NCBI RefSeq assembly: GCF_005696695.1
Contig: NZ_CP040006.1
Coordinates: 1,860,001-1,892,000, forward strand
Source: Schaalia odontolytica
Lineage (GTDB): Bacteria > Actinomycetota > Actinomycetes > Actinomycetales > Actinomycetaceae
Direction of reading: 5' to 3'
DNA: 32,000 bases
Part shown: positions 1 to 8,465 of the stretch, piece after piece
Numbering within the stretch: position 1 is the stretch's first letter
How the letters are laid out: every line of letters starts with the position of its first letter
The notes under the pieces: model-generated
The model's input: the letters and a program-made list of their open reading frames with translations, nothing else
What the model was told of the DNA's origin: nothing
Databases searched by the model: none
Program-made: the position numbers and the translations under genes

Positions 1-1052
1 GAGTAGGGCAGGACGGCGTGCGTGTCGGCGCCCAGGAAGTTCGAGTACCACACGTTGAGCAGGCCCATCAGCAGGGGCACGTTCTTCTCGGGCGCGGCCT
101 CGGCGAAGTGGCGGTCCATCGCGTGGAAGCCGGCGAGGAAGTCGGAGAAGCCCTCGGGGCCGATCGCGACGGCCAGGGAGGTGCCCACGGCGGAATCCAC
201 GGAGTAGCGGCCGCCCACCCAGCTCCAGAAGCCGAAGGCGTTGGCCGGGTCGATGCCGAACTCGGCGACCTTGTCCAGGGCGGTGGACACGGCGACGAAG
301 TGCTTGGCGATTGCTTCCTTCTCGGAGGCCTCGTCGGTGACGATGCCGCGTTCACGCAGGCCGTCGAGCAGCCAGGCGCGCACGACCTTGGCGTTCGTGA
401 TGGTCTCGAGCGTCGTGAAGGTCTTGGACGCGACGATCACGAGGGTCGTCTCGGGGTCCAGGTCCTTCGTGGTCTCGCCCGCGTCGGTGGGGTCAATGTT
501 GGAGATGAAGCGGCACTCCAGGCCCTCCTGCACGTAGGGCTTGAGGGCCTCGTACGCCATGACGGGGCCCAGGTCGGAGCCACCGATGCCGACGTTGACG
601 ACGGTCTTGACGGGCTTGCCGGTGATGCCGACCCACTCGCCGGAGCGGACGCGGCGAGCGAAGGCGTAGACCTTCTCCAGCACCTCGTGCACGTCGGCGA
701 TCGCGTCCTGGCCGTCGACCGTCAGGGAGTCGGTCGCGGGGCGGCGCAGCGCGGTGTGCAGGACGGCGCGGTCCTCGGTGACGTTGATGTGCTCGCCCGC
801 GTACATGCGGTCGCGCAGCTCCAGGACGCCGGTCTGCTCAGCGAGGGCGAGGAGGTGGCCCACCAGCGTGGGGCACACGAGGTTCTTCGACAGGTCGACG
901 TGCAGGTCGGCCGCGTCGAAGGTGAAAGTCTGGGTGCGGTTGGGGTCGTCCGCGAACAGCTTGCGCAGGTCGGGATCGAAGTTGTCGGCCAGCTGGTCGA
1001 GCGTGTCCCACGCGGGGGTCATCGTCGGGTCGATCACGGGGATATCACTCAT
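1..1052 (-). CDS. pgi: Glucose-6-phosphate isomerase; N-terminal ~350 aa present, C-terminus lies beyond the window start
   Basis: Not on the ORF track because the frame runs off the window. My reverse-strand translation from ATG at 1052 gives [31 protein letters not shown]. The same frame contains [14 protein letters not shown] (about 560-599) and [16 protein letters not shown] (about 185-239), both classic PGI signatures. SD-like CAGGAGAC lies just upstream of the ATG. The + strand ORF 18..1064 is the antisense artefact. Confidence 0.85.
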   Translation of the reverse strand, partial: MSDIPVIDPTMTPAWDTLDQLADNFDPDLRKLFADDPNRTQTFTFDAADLHVDLSKNLVCPTLVGHLLALAEQTGVLELRDRMYAGEHINVTEDRAVLHTALRRPATDSLTVDGQDAIADVHEVLEKVYAFARRVRSGEWVGITGKPVKTVVNVGIGGSDLGPVMAYEALKPYVQEGLECRFISNIDPTDAGETTKDLDPETTLVIVASKTFTTLETITNAKVVRAWLLDGLRERGIVTDEASEKEAIAKHFVAVSTALDKVAEFGIDPANAFGFWSWVGGRYSVDSAVGTSLAVAIGPEGFSDFLAGFHAMDRHFAEAAPEKNVPLLMGLLNVWYSNFLGADTHAVLPY

Positions 1053-1139
1053 GGGGTCTCCTGACAGTAGAGATTGGTTCGCACTTTAGTTTAGCGGGGT
1101 CTGCGCCCCTGGTCACCCTCGTTTCTCGCTTCTGAAACG

Positions 1140-1182
1140 ACGAGGCCGTGGCCCGCAAGTGCTCACGGAACCACGGCCTCGT
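1140..1182 (-). terminator. Hairpin downstream of pfk (12-bp stem, 19-nt loop); probable terminator separating pfk from pgi
   Basis: ACGAGGCCGTGG (1140-1151) is the exact reverse complement of CCACGGCCTCGT (1171-1182). It sits 23 nt past the pfk stop. On the minus-strand RNA a short U run (CGUUUCAG) follows. Confidence 0.5.
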
Positions 1183-1204
1183 ATGCCGTCAGAAGACCCG
1201 GGGT

Positions 1205-3460
1205 TCAGGCGACCGGATCGTCGATGTGGATGGGAGTGGCCTCGATGCCCGGGTTCTGCAGCGACACGATGCGCTGGACGGGGACGAGGTCAAGCCACCA
1301 CTGGTGGAACGGGCGACGATTCTCGATGTCGAGGTCATCGAACATGTTCTTGACCGGGCGCGCCTCGACGGCGTTGCCGACCTGGCCGATGTAGTAGGCG
1401 CCGCGGTCGCCGCGATCGAACTGGTCGAGGAGCTGCTCGAAGGCGCGCGCCACGAGGCGCGTGGCGAGCAGGCGGTCGTACGGCGAGGGCGAGCCGCCCT
1501 GCTGCATGTGGCCGAGGGCCTGGTGCCGCACGTCGTAGATCCCCTCGGACTCGGCGTTGAACACGTCAGCCAGGAACTCGCGGTCGTAGTACTGGGACGC
1601 CGACTCGTTGAGCAACGTGAGGAACAGGCGTCGACCGGACTTGAAGGAGGCGACCATCCGATCGGCATCCGCGGCGATCTGCTCGAGGGAGGGGGACTCC
1701 TCGTTGATGTACATATATTCCGCGCCGCTCGACAGGGCGCTCATGAGAGTCAGGTAGCCGCATCGGCGCCCCATCGTCTCAGCGATGAAGCAGCGCTTGG
1801 ACGCGGCCGCGCTCTCCTTGATGCGGTCGATTGCCCACGTCGCATTGTTGATTGCCGTGTCCGTGCCGATCGCGAGCTCGCAGCCCGGCAGGTTGTTGTC
1901 GATCGAGGCCGGGATGAGCAGAATCGGAATCTGGAACGCCGGGTAGCGGTCCTTCTCCGAGGTGATCGCGTGAACACCCAGGTAAGCATTCATGCCGCCG
2001 ATGATGAGGAGGGCGTCGATCTCGTTGCGCTCAATGGCGCGACCCAGCGCGTAGAACTGCTCGACCGGCGGAATATCACGCTTGGTCCCGAGCTCTGCGC
2101 CACCCTTGAAGGCCCAGCCTTCCACGTCGGACCAGCTCAGTTCACGCACGCGGTCATCCGCCAGGCCGCTCCACGAGCCGTCGACACCGAGCATCGTCCA
2201 GCCGCGCGCGATACCCAGGCGCACGGCCACGCGGGCCGCCGTGTTCATGCCGGGGGCCAGACCGCCCGCGTGCAGGATCGCGACACGCTTGATCTCGCCC
2301 GTCGGCTCCGGGGTGAGCTGCGGGGGCGTGGACAGGATCTGGTTGATGCCCACCATCGACGAGAAGGACGAGCCACGCGAGGCCTGGGCCGCCGCGTAGT
2401 CGCCGGCCGCAATCAGGTCCTTGACCGCACGCGTATCGTGCACGGCCTTCATGAGGGGGATGCGGGTGATGCGGTTGCGACGCACGCCCAGAATAACGGG
2501 CTCATCCTCAGCCGAGGACGCCAGGATCTCCTGGACGGCCGCGTAGCCCAGCAGCGTGGACATCCAGCGGTCGTAGGCCGAGGGAGTGCCGCCGCGCTGC
2601 ACGTGGCCGAGGATCGTCACGCGGGCGTCCTCGCCCGTGCGCTCCTGGATCGTGTCGGCGATCAGCTGGGTCGACAGCTCGTTGCCGTCGCGGTCGTGCG
2701 CGCCCTCAGCCACCAGGACGATGGACTCGCGGCGACCAGCCTCGCGGCCGAGGCGCAGGTGCTCGGCCAGGTCATCCTGCCAGCCCGGGCCCGCAGGGTC
2801 CTCGGGCGTGAACACGTAGTCAGCGCCGCCCGCGACAGCCGCCATGAGGGGCAGGTAGCCGCAGTGGCGGCCCATGACCTCAACGACGAACGTGCGCTGG
2901 TGCGAGGCCGCCGTGCTGGTCAGCTGGTCGATGGCGTCCAGAATGCGATGCAGCGCTGTGTCCGCGCCGATCGTCATGTCCGTGCCCACCAGGTCGTTGT
3001 CGATCGAGCCGACGAGGCCGACGATGATGAGAGCCGGGTGCTCGGCGGCGGTCTCGGGCGAGATCACGCCCTCGGCAGCCAGCTCGGCGACGTGCTGCGC
3101 CCACTCGCCGCGGAACTCGTTCGTACCCGACAGGGAGCCGTCGCCACCGATCACGACGAGGTGATCGATACCGTGCTCGAGTAGGTTCGCAGCCGCGCGG
3201 TGGCGCCCCTCGTACGTGCGGAAGTCAGCACTGCGAGCCGTGCCGATCACCGTGCCGCCTTCGGCCAGGATCGAGGACACGTCCGACCACTCCATCTTCT
3301 TAATGGAATCGCCACCCACGCAGGCACCCTGCCAGCCTTCGTAGATCGCGTAGGGCTGCGCTCCACGCGCCAGCGCCGTACGCACGACGGCTCGAACAGC
3401 CGCGTTCATTCCCTGGGCGTCACCGCCCGACGTGAGGACACCGATACGAACTGTGCTCAT
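1205..3460 (-). CDS. pfkA: 6-phosphofructokinase, eukaryote-type tandem-duplicated (catalytic N-half plus degenerate regulatory C-half), 751 aa
   Basis: N-half motifs: IGVLTSGGDAQGMNAAVRAVVR, VIGGDGSLSG, GSIDNDLVGTDMTIG, MGRHCGYL, LGHVQRGG. The C-half repeats the fold with degenerate motifs: AGGLAPGMN, IIGGMNAY, ASIDNNLPG, MGRRCGYL, LGHMQQGG. As far as I recall the animal PFK sequences, it is collinear with them, including the C-terminal QWWL element. Confidence 0.9.
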   Translation of the reverse strand: MSTVRIGVLTSGGDAQGMNAAVRAVVRTALARGAQPYAIYEGWQGACVGGDSIKKMEWSDVSSILAEGGTVIGTARSADFRTYEGRHRAAANLLEHGIDHLVVIGGDGSLSGTNEFRGEWAQHVAELAAEGVISPETAAEHPALIIVGLVGSIDNDLVGTDMTIGADTALHRILDAIDQLTSTAASHQRTFVVEVMGRHCGYLPLMAAVAGGADYVFTPEDPAGPGWQDDLAEHLRLGREAGRRESIVLVAEGAHDRDGNELSTQLIADTIQERTGEDARVTILGHVQRGGTPSAYDRWMSTLLGYAAVQEILASSAEDEPVILGVRRNRITRIPLMKAVHDTRAVKDLIAAGDYAAAQASRGSSFSSMVGINQILSTPPQLTPEPTGEIKRVAILHAGGLAPGMNTAARVAVRLGIARGWTMLGVDGSWSGLADDRVRELSWSDVEGWAFKGGAELGTKRDIPPVEQFYALGRAIERNEIDALLIIGGMNAYLGVHAITSEKDRYPAFQIPILLIPASIDNNLPGCELAIGTDTAINNATWAIDRIKESAAASKRCFIAETMGRRCGYLTLMSALSSGAEYMYINEESPSLEQIAADADRMVASFKSGRRLFLTLLNESASQYYDREFLADVFNAESEGIYDVRHQALGHMQQGGSPSPYDRLLATRLVARAFEQLLDQFDRGDRGAYYIGQVGNAVEARPVKNMFDDLDIENRRPFHQWWLDLVPVQRIVSLQNPGIEATPIHIDDPVA

Positions 3461-3581
3461 TTTTCTGCCATCTTTCGTTGACGGAGCGGGCCACGAGGCC
3501 CAGTGTGCCTATCGTTCCCTATTCTACGTGACCTGCGCCTCCACCACTAGGGCCTTACTCCCATTTACCGAGGAAACGACA

Positions 3582-3615
3582 AGCGCGCGCCCGCCGACAA
3601 CGGCGGGCGCGCGCT
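3582..3615 (-). terminator. Intrinsic-type terminator hairpin after the transporter gene (perfect 15-bp GC stem, 4-nt loop)
   Basis: AGCGCGCGCCCGCCG (3582-3596), loop ACAA, CGGCGGGCGCGCGCT (3601-3615). It lies 17 nt downstream of the stop at 3633. On the minus RNA UGUCGUUUCC follows. Confidence 0.65.
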
Positions 3616-3632
3616 CACGCGGTCACTGGAGA

Positions 3633-4964
3633 CTAGGCGACAGTTTCGCTGCTATTGCGGGCGGCGGACTCGGCCAGTTCCTCGGGGCTGACAACGCCCT
3701 CGACGGAGACGCGGTCCAGGTAGGCCATGCCGTCAAACGCCAGCTCGCGAGCGTTCTCCGGGTCGCCCTCGTTGCCGATGGAGCCGTGGGCCATGCGGTC
3801 CACGATGAGCGCGATCGCGCCGTCGCCCGTCACGTTGGTGGCGGTGCCGAAGGAGTCCAGGGCGATGTAGGTCGCGATCATGAGCGCGACCTGGGCGTCG
3901 TTGAAGCCCAGCATGGAGCTCAGCAGGCCGGTGGCCGCCATGATGGCGCCGCCGGGGACGCCGGGGGCGGCGACCATGGTGATGCCCAGCATGAAGATGA
4001 AGCCGACCCACTGCAGGGAGCTCACCGTCAGGCCCTGGGTCAGGACGATGGCGAACGCGAAGGAGAAGATCTTCGAGGTCGAGCCAGCCAGGTGGATCGT
4101 CGCGCACAGCGGAATCGTGAAGGACGCGACCGCGTCGGACACGCCGTTCTTCTTCGTCTGACGCAGGGTCACCGGGATGGTAGCCGCGGACGAGGAGGTG
4201 CCCAGAGCCGTCAGGTAGGCCGGCATCATCGTAACGATGGCCTTGAAGGGGTTACGACGCGCGACGAGGCCCGCGAAGCAGAACTGGGTCAGCAGGATGA
4301 TGACCTCGAGGACCAGAACCACGATGACCACGCGCACCAGCGTGCGGATGACCGAAGCGGCCTCGCCCGTGTAGGTCAGGTTCAGGAAGATGCCGAAGAT
4401 GTGCAGCGGCAGCAGCGGAATGATGATCGTCTCGATGAGACGGGTAATGATGGCGCGGAACTCGATGAATCCCTTACGCAGCACGCCGCGCGGGACCATC
4501 GACAGGCCCAGGCCCACCACGAAGGACAGGAGCAGCGCCGTCATCACCTGCAGCGGCGCAGGCATTTCGATCGTGAAGTAGGACTCGAGGGCGCTGCCCG
4601 GCTCGGCCACGTCGGCCAGCTGGGTGGAAGCGAGGAGGCGCGGGAACAGGGACGCACACACCAGGTAGGTGAGGAAGCCCGAGAAGAGCGTCGACGCGTA
4701 GGCGATCGCCGTCGTGATACCCAGCCACTTGCCCGCGCCTCGGCCCAGGTCCGCGATAGCGGGGGTCACGAGGCCGATGATGATCAGCGGGATAGAGAAG
4801 GACAGGAACTGGCTGAAGATCGCCGAGAAGGTCGCGAAAATACGGCCGATCTCGACGGGAACCAGGTGGTCGCCGCCAATACGGACGGATCCGAGGACGG
4901 TCGCGAGGATGATCGCAGCGATCACCCACACGAGGATTCCGGATTTACGCAGGAACTCGCGCAT
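3633..4964 (-). CDS. Dicarboxylate/amino acid:cation symporter (DAACS/SLC1 family) transporter
   Basis: Multi-TM protein with DAACS-type reentrant-loop motifs (AAPGVPGGAIMAATG, DSFGTATNVTGDG). I prefer the ATG at 4964 (MREFLRKSG...) because AAGGTG lies 6 nt upstream and third-position GC drops between 4965 and 5003. The track start at 5003 remains possible. Confidence 0.8.
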   Translation of the reverse strand: MREFLRKSGILVWVIAAIILATVLGSVRIGGDHLVPVEIGRIFATFSAIFSQFLSFSIPLIIIGLVTPAIADLGRGAGKWLGITTAIAYASTLFSGFLTYLVCASLFPRLLASTQLADVAEPGSALESYFTIEMPAPLQVMTALLLSFVVGLGLSMVPRGVLRKGFIEFRAIITRLIETIIIPLLPLHIFGIFLNLTYTGEAASVIRTLVRVVIVVLVLEVIILLTQFCFAGLVARRNPFKAIVTMMPAYLTALGTSSSAATIPVTLRQTKKNGVSDAVASFTIPLCATIHLAGSTSKIFSFAFAIVLTQGLTVSSLQWVGFIFMLGITMVAAPGVPGGAIMAATGLLSSMLGFNDAQVALMIATYIALDSFGTATNVTGDGAIALIVDRMAHGSIGNEGDPENARELAFDGMAYLDRVSVEGVVSPEELAESAARNSSETVA

Positions 4965-5133
4965 GTGTTTCACCTTGACAATTAGGGATGATGGGTCGCT
5001 CATAGCATGCCCGAGCTTTACGAATTCTTGAAGCGGTAACCAGGATTCGGGATAGATGCGGCAAAAATCACGGAAGAAATGTCGTGCTCGCGCAGGCCGG
5101 CCACCGCTCGCAACACCACTGTTCCCAGGGGAT

Positions 5134-5424
5134 TTAGCGCACCGCCAGGGTGGAGACGTAGGGGGCGAACCACCAAATAATCGCGGCGAGAATCACGTAC
5201 ACCGCGGCATCCATCAGACGAGCTCGCGACGCAAACCAGGGCCGTCCCGGCGTCCACAGACGCAGAGCACCCATGCCAACGAGGACAGCGACCATGAGCA
5301 TGACCGCGCGATGGCGGTGATCGCTCACGGCCAGCGCAATCACGCCGAGAACGCCGAGCGCACTCAGGGCAGCGCCAAGCCACGCACCCACTCGTGCGCG
5401 CGCGGTCTTTTCCTCGTTATTCAC
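5134..5424 (-). CDS. Small integral membrane protein (about 3 TM, DUF3017-like)
   Basis: 96-aa ORF with a GTG start and hydrophobic segments (WLGAALSALGVLGVIALAV, LMVAVLVGMGAL, AAVYVILAAIIWWFAPYV). The family assignment is from memory only. Confidence 0.5.
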   Translation of the reverse strand: MNNEEKTARARVGAWLGAALSALGVLGVIALAVSDHRHRAVMLMVAVLVGMGALRLWTPGRPWFASRARLMDAAVYVILAAIIWWFAPYVSTLAVR

Positions 5425-5599
5425 GCCCCTACCCTATCGCACGAGCGCTCGTCATCATGCGCGCGCTCATCTGCGCCCCACCAAGCCAACCACGGCCTCG
5501 TCTTTTCAAAAGAATAGGAATAAGGGGCATGCGGGTTTAGTATTGGTCCAAAGGTCCCTGAGACCCGCAACATATTTCTCGCACCAAAGGAGCATTCGA

Positions 5600-7078
5600 G
5601 TGTCCCGCTTTATTGTCGTCGCCCCCGGTTCGTCGGAGGCAGCCGCCCTCGCTACTGACGAGCTGGCCCGCGTTCTCGGCGTCGCCACCGTCGACGCCCT
5701 GGCCGGCACGACGGCTACCGACGCCGCCCTCCGTCCCGCCTCCGCTCTGCCCGCCGCGGTCGAAGCCGTCCGCGCCGCCGGCGACGACGCGCTCATCGCC
5801 CCCGCCCGTGAGGCCTCGAACCGCGCCTTCGACCACGTGGCCTGGAACCTGAACCTCGCCGCCTCCACCCGCGCCGGCGTCATCCTTGCCTTCGACGCCG
5901 AGGGTGCCAGCGCCGAGCTCCTCGCCGAAGAGATCGCAGCCGCTCGCCTGCGCGCCAAGGCCGCTGCCGCATCCGTCGTCGCCGTCGTCCTGACCGGTGG
6001 CGCCCCCGCGCTTCAGGCCGACGTCCCCGTTCTGACCCTGCCGCTGGGCGACGAGGCCGCGGCCACCCTGCGCGCCACCGCCGCCCCCACCGCGGTCACC
6101 CCTCTCGCTTTCCAGGCGGACCTCATCGAGCGCGCCCGCGCCGAGCGCAAGCGCATCGTCCTGCCCGAGCCCGACGACGACCGCGTCCTGCAGGCCGCCG
6201 CCCAGGTCCTCGCCGCCGGCATCGCCGACATCACCTTCGTGGGCGACGCCGACTACGTTGCCAAGCGCGCCGGCGAGCTCGGCCTCGACCTGAGCGCCGC
6301 CCAGGTCGTCTCCGTGAACGATCCCGCCTACCTCGAGCGCTACGCCGAGGAGTTCGCGCGCCTGCGCGCCAAGAAGGGCGTCACCCTCGAGCAGGCCCGT
6401 GAGAAGGTCACCGACGTGTCCTACTTCGGCACCATGATGGTTCACATGGGCGACGCCGACGGCATGGTCTCGGGCGCTGCCCACACGACCGCGCACACGA
6501 TCGTCCCCTCCTTCCAGATCATCAAGACCGCCCCCGGCGTCTCCGTCGTCTCCTCCATCTTCCTCATGGCGATGAAGGACCGCGTGTGGGCCTTCGGCGA
6601 CTGCGCCGTCAACCCCAACCCCACCTCCGAGCAGCTGGCCGACATCGCCGTGACCTCCGCGCGCACCGCCGCCCAGTTCGGCGTCACCCCGCGCGTCGCC
6701 ATGCTCTCCTACTCGACCGGCACCTCCGGGGCCGGCCCGGACGTCGACGTCGTCATCGAGGCCACCCGCCTCGCCCGCGAGAAGGCCCCCGAGCTGGCCA
6801 TCGAAGGCCCCATCCAGTTCGACGCAGCCGTCGACGAGGCCGTCGCCGCCACCAAGCTGCCCGGCTCCGAGGTCGCCGGCAAGGCCACCGTCTTCGTCTT
6901 CCCCTCGCTGGAAGCCGGAAACATCGGCTACAAGGCGGTCCAGCGCTCCTCCGGCGCGCTCGCCGTCGGCCCCGTCCTGCAGGGCCTCAACAAGCCCGTC
7001 AACGACCTGTCGCGCGGCGCCCTCGTCGAAGACATCGTCAACACCGTCGCCCTGACCGCCGTCCAGGCCCAGGGCTGA
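5600..7078 (+). CDS. pta: Phosphate acetyltransferase
   Basis: C-terminal ~320 aa is a PTA_PTB domain (RIVLPEPDDDRVLQAA, MVSGAAHTTAHT, AVNPNPTSEQLADIA, SYSTGTSG, GPIQFDAA, FPSLEAGNIGYK). GTG at 5600 has AAAGGAG 7 nt upstream. Codons 5543-5599 have low third-position GC, so I reject the TTG start on the track. Confidence 0.9.
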   Translation: MSRFIVVAPGSSEAAALATDELARVLGVATVDALAGTTATDAALRPASALPAAVEAVRAAGDDALIAPAREASNRAFDHVAWNLNLAASTRAGVILAFDAEGASAELLAEEIAAARLRAKAAAASVVAVVLTGGAPALQADVPVLTLPLGDEAAATLRATAAPTAVTPLAFQADLIERARAERKRIVLPEPDDDRVLQAAAQVLAAGIADITFVGDADYVAKRAGELGLDLSAAQVVSVNDPAYLERYAEEFARLRAKKGVTLEQAREKVTDVSYFGTMMVHMGDADGMVSGAAHTTAHTIVPSFQIIKTAPGVSVVSSIFLMAMKDRVWAFGDCAVNPNPTSEQLADIAVTSARTAAQFGVTPRVAMLSYSTGTSGAGPDVDVVIEATRLAREKAPELAIEGPIQFDAAVDEAVAATKLPGSEVAGKATVFVFPSLEAGNIGYKAVQRSSGALAVGPVLQGLNKPVNDLSRGALVEDIVNTVALTAVQAQG

Positions 7079-7092
7079 ACGGGAACGAGCCC

Positions 7093-7150
7093 CCGGGGTC
7101 CGGTTAGTATTGATGCGAACCGGGCCCCGGCCTCGTACTTTTTCTTTCCT
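7093..7150 (+). promoter_or_regulatory. pta-ackA intercistronic hairpin with a distal T tract; partial terminator, or an internal ackA promoter in the loop
   Basis: CCGGGGTCCGGTT (7093-7105) pairs with AACCGGGCCCCGG (7118-7130): 13 bp with one G-U. The T run TTTTTCTTT begins 8 nt after the stem. The loop carries TTAGTATTG (7104-7112), the same 9-mer found upstream of pta at 5537-5545. Confidence 0.4.
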
Positions 7151-7177
7151 ATCCCCCACACCACGAAAGGCGAACGC

Positions 7178-8377
7178 GTGTCCTCGTCCTCCGTCCTCGT
7201 CATTAACTCCGGCTCCTCCTCCATCAAGTACCAGCTCGTCGACCCCGAAACCGGCGACGCCATCGCCAAGGGCATCGTCGAGCGCATCGGTGACACCACC
7301 GGCCTCATCAAGCATGAGCACGGCGACGCCGTCACCAAGGAAGAGCTCCCGGTTCCCGACCACACCGTCGGCATGCGTGAGGTCCTGCGCCTCTTCGACA
7401 CGGAGGGCCCGTCCCTGGCCGAGGCCCACATCCTCGCCGTCGGCCACCGCGTCGTTCAGGGCGGCCGCTACTTCGACGGCCCGGCCCTCATCACCGACGA
7501 GGTCCGCAACCTGATCGAAGAGCTGTGCCCGCTGGCTCCGCTGCACAACCCCGCCCACCTCAAGGGCATCGACGTGGCGCGTGAGCTCATGCCCGACGTC
7601 CCCCACGTCGCCGTCTTCGACACCGCGTTCTTCCAGCAGCTGCCCGACAAGGCCGCCCTGTACGCCCTCGAGACCGAGACCGCCGAGAAGTACTCTGTGC
7701 GCCGCTACGGCGCCCACGGCACCTCCCACCAGTTCGTCTCCCAGGAAATCTCCAAGATGCTGGGCCGCGACGACCTCAAGCAGATCGTCCTGCACCTGGG
7801 CAACGGCGCGTCCGCCTCCGCCGTCAAGAACGGCCACCCGATCGACACCTCCATGGGCCTGACCCCCCTCGAGGGCCTCATGATGGGCACCCGCACCGGC
7901 GACATCGACCCCGCCGTCGTGTTCCACCTGCAGCGCGTCGCCGGCATGACCGTCGACGAGGTCGACACGCTCTTCAACAAGAAGTCCGGCATGAAGGGCA
8001 TGACCGGTGAGTCCGACATGCGCTCCGTGTGGGAGGTCATCAACAACACCTCCGACCCCGAGGCCGCCAAGCGCGCGCGTACCGCCATGGACGTGTACAT
8101 CAACCGCCTGCTGAAGTACGTGGGCTCCTACGCCGCTGAGCTCGGCGGCCTGGACGTCATCACCTTCACCGCCGGCATCGGCGAGAACGACGACGACGTG
8201 CGCCGCGAGCTGGCCGAGGCCCTCGCCCCCTTCGGCGTGAAGATCGACGTCGAGGCCAACAAGGGCCGCGTCAAGGAGCCGCGCATCGTGTCCGCTCCCG
8301 ACTCGACCGTCACCCTCGTCGTCTACCCGACCAACGAGGAGCTGGCGATCGCCCGCCAGGCGCTGACCTTCGCCTGA
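7178..8377 (+). CDS. ackA: Acetate kinase
   Basis: VLVINSGSSSIKYQL, VGHRVVQGG, PLAPLHNPA, VAVFDTAFF, RRYGAHGTSH, HLGNGASA, MGTRTGDIDP, FTAGIGEN. GTG start with GAAAGG 6 nt upstream. Confidence 0.95.
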   Translation: MSSSSVLVINSGSSSIKYQLVDPETGDAIAKGIVERIGDTTGLIKHEHGDAVTKEELPVPDHTVGMREVLRLFDTEGPSLAEAHILAVGHRVVQGGRYFDGPALITDEVRNLIEELCPLAPLHNPAHLKGIDVARELMPDVPHVAVFDTAFFQQLPDKAALYALETETAEKYSVRRYGAHGTSHQFVSQEISKMLGRDDLKQIVLHLGNGASASAVKNGHPIDTSMGLTPLEGLMMGTRTGDIDPAVVFHLQRVAGMTVDEVDTLFNKKSGMKGMTGESDMRSVWEVINNTSDPEAAKRARTAMDVYINRLLKYVGSYAAELGGLDVITFTAGIGENDDDVRRELAEALAPFGVKIDVEANKGRVKEPRIVSAPDSTVTLVVYPTNEELAIARQALTFA

Positions 8378-8391
8378 TTCGTTCGTGTCAA

Positions 8392-8426
8392 CGAGGCCGG
8401 GGTTCCCACGTGGGGCCCCGGCCTCG
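8392..8426 (+). terminator. Hairpin after ackA (11-bp perfect stem with an inner CCCACGTGGG palindrome)
   Basis: CGAGGCCGGGG (8392-8402) and CCCCGGCCTCG (8416-8426), 15 nt after the ackA stop. There is no U tract, which is common in high-GC actinobacteria. Confidence 0.5.
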
Positions 8427-8465
8427 GGCGTATCCTGGGAGAGTAGTCATCCTGAGGAGGGCCTC

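Noticed and set aside
18-1064. 348-aa + strand ORF at the window start
   Set aside because: Its composition is Gly/Val/Ala/Asp/His-rich and low in complexity. The opposite strand translates to an unmistakable glucose-6-phosphate isomerase ([14 protein letters not shown]) with an SD and ATG at 1052. It is a classic antisense ORF of high-GC DNA.
1148-3184. 678-aa + strand ORF opposite pfk (with smaller ORFs in the same span)
   Set aside because: Arg/Gly/Asp/Val-rich nonsense composition with no recognisable motif. The minus strand encodes a full-length PFK with all catalytic motifs.
3432-4985. 517-aa + strand ORF opposite the DAACS transporter
   Set aside because: Extremely Arg/Asp/Gly/His/Glu-rich (runs such as RRRHHLQRRRH). 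The minus strand gives a coherent polytopic transporter with SD, start and terminator.
5537-7927. 796-aa minus-strand ORF spanning pta and ackA
   Set aside because: Gly/Asp/Val/Ala low-complexity antisense product crossing two well-supported + strand genes and their intergenic hairpin.
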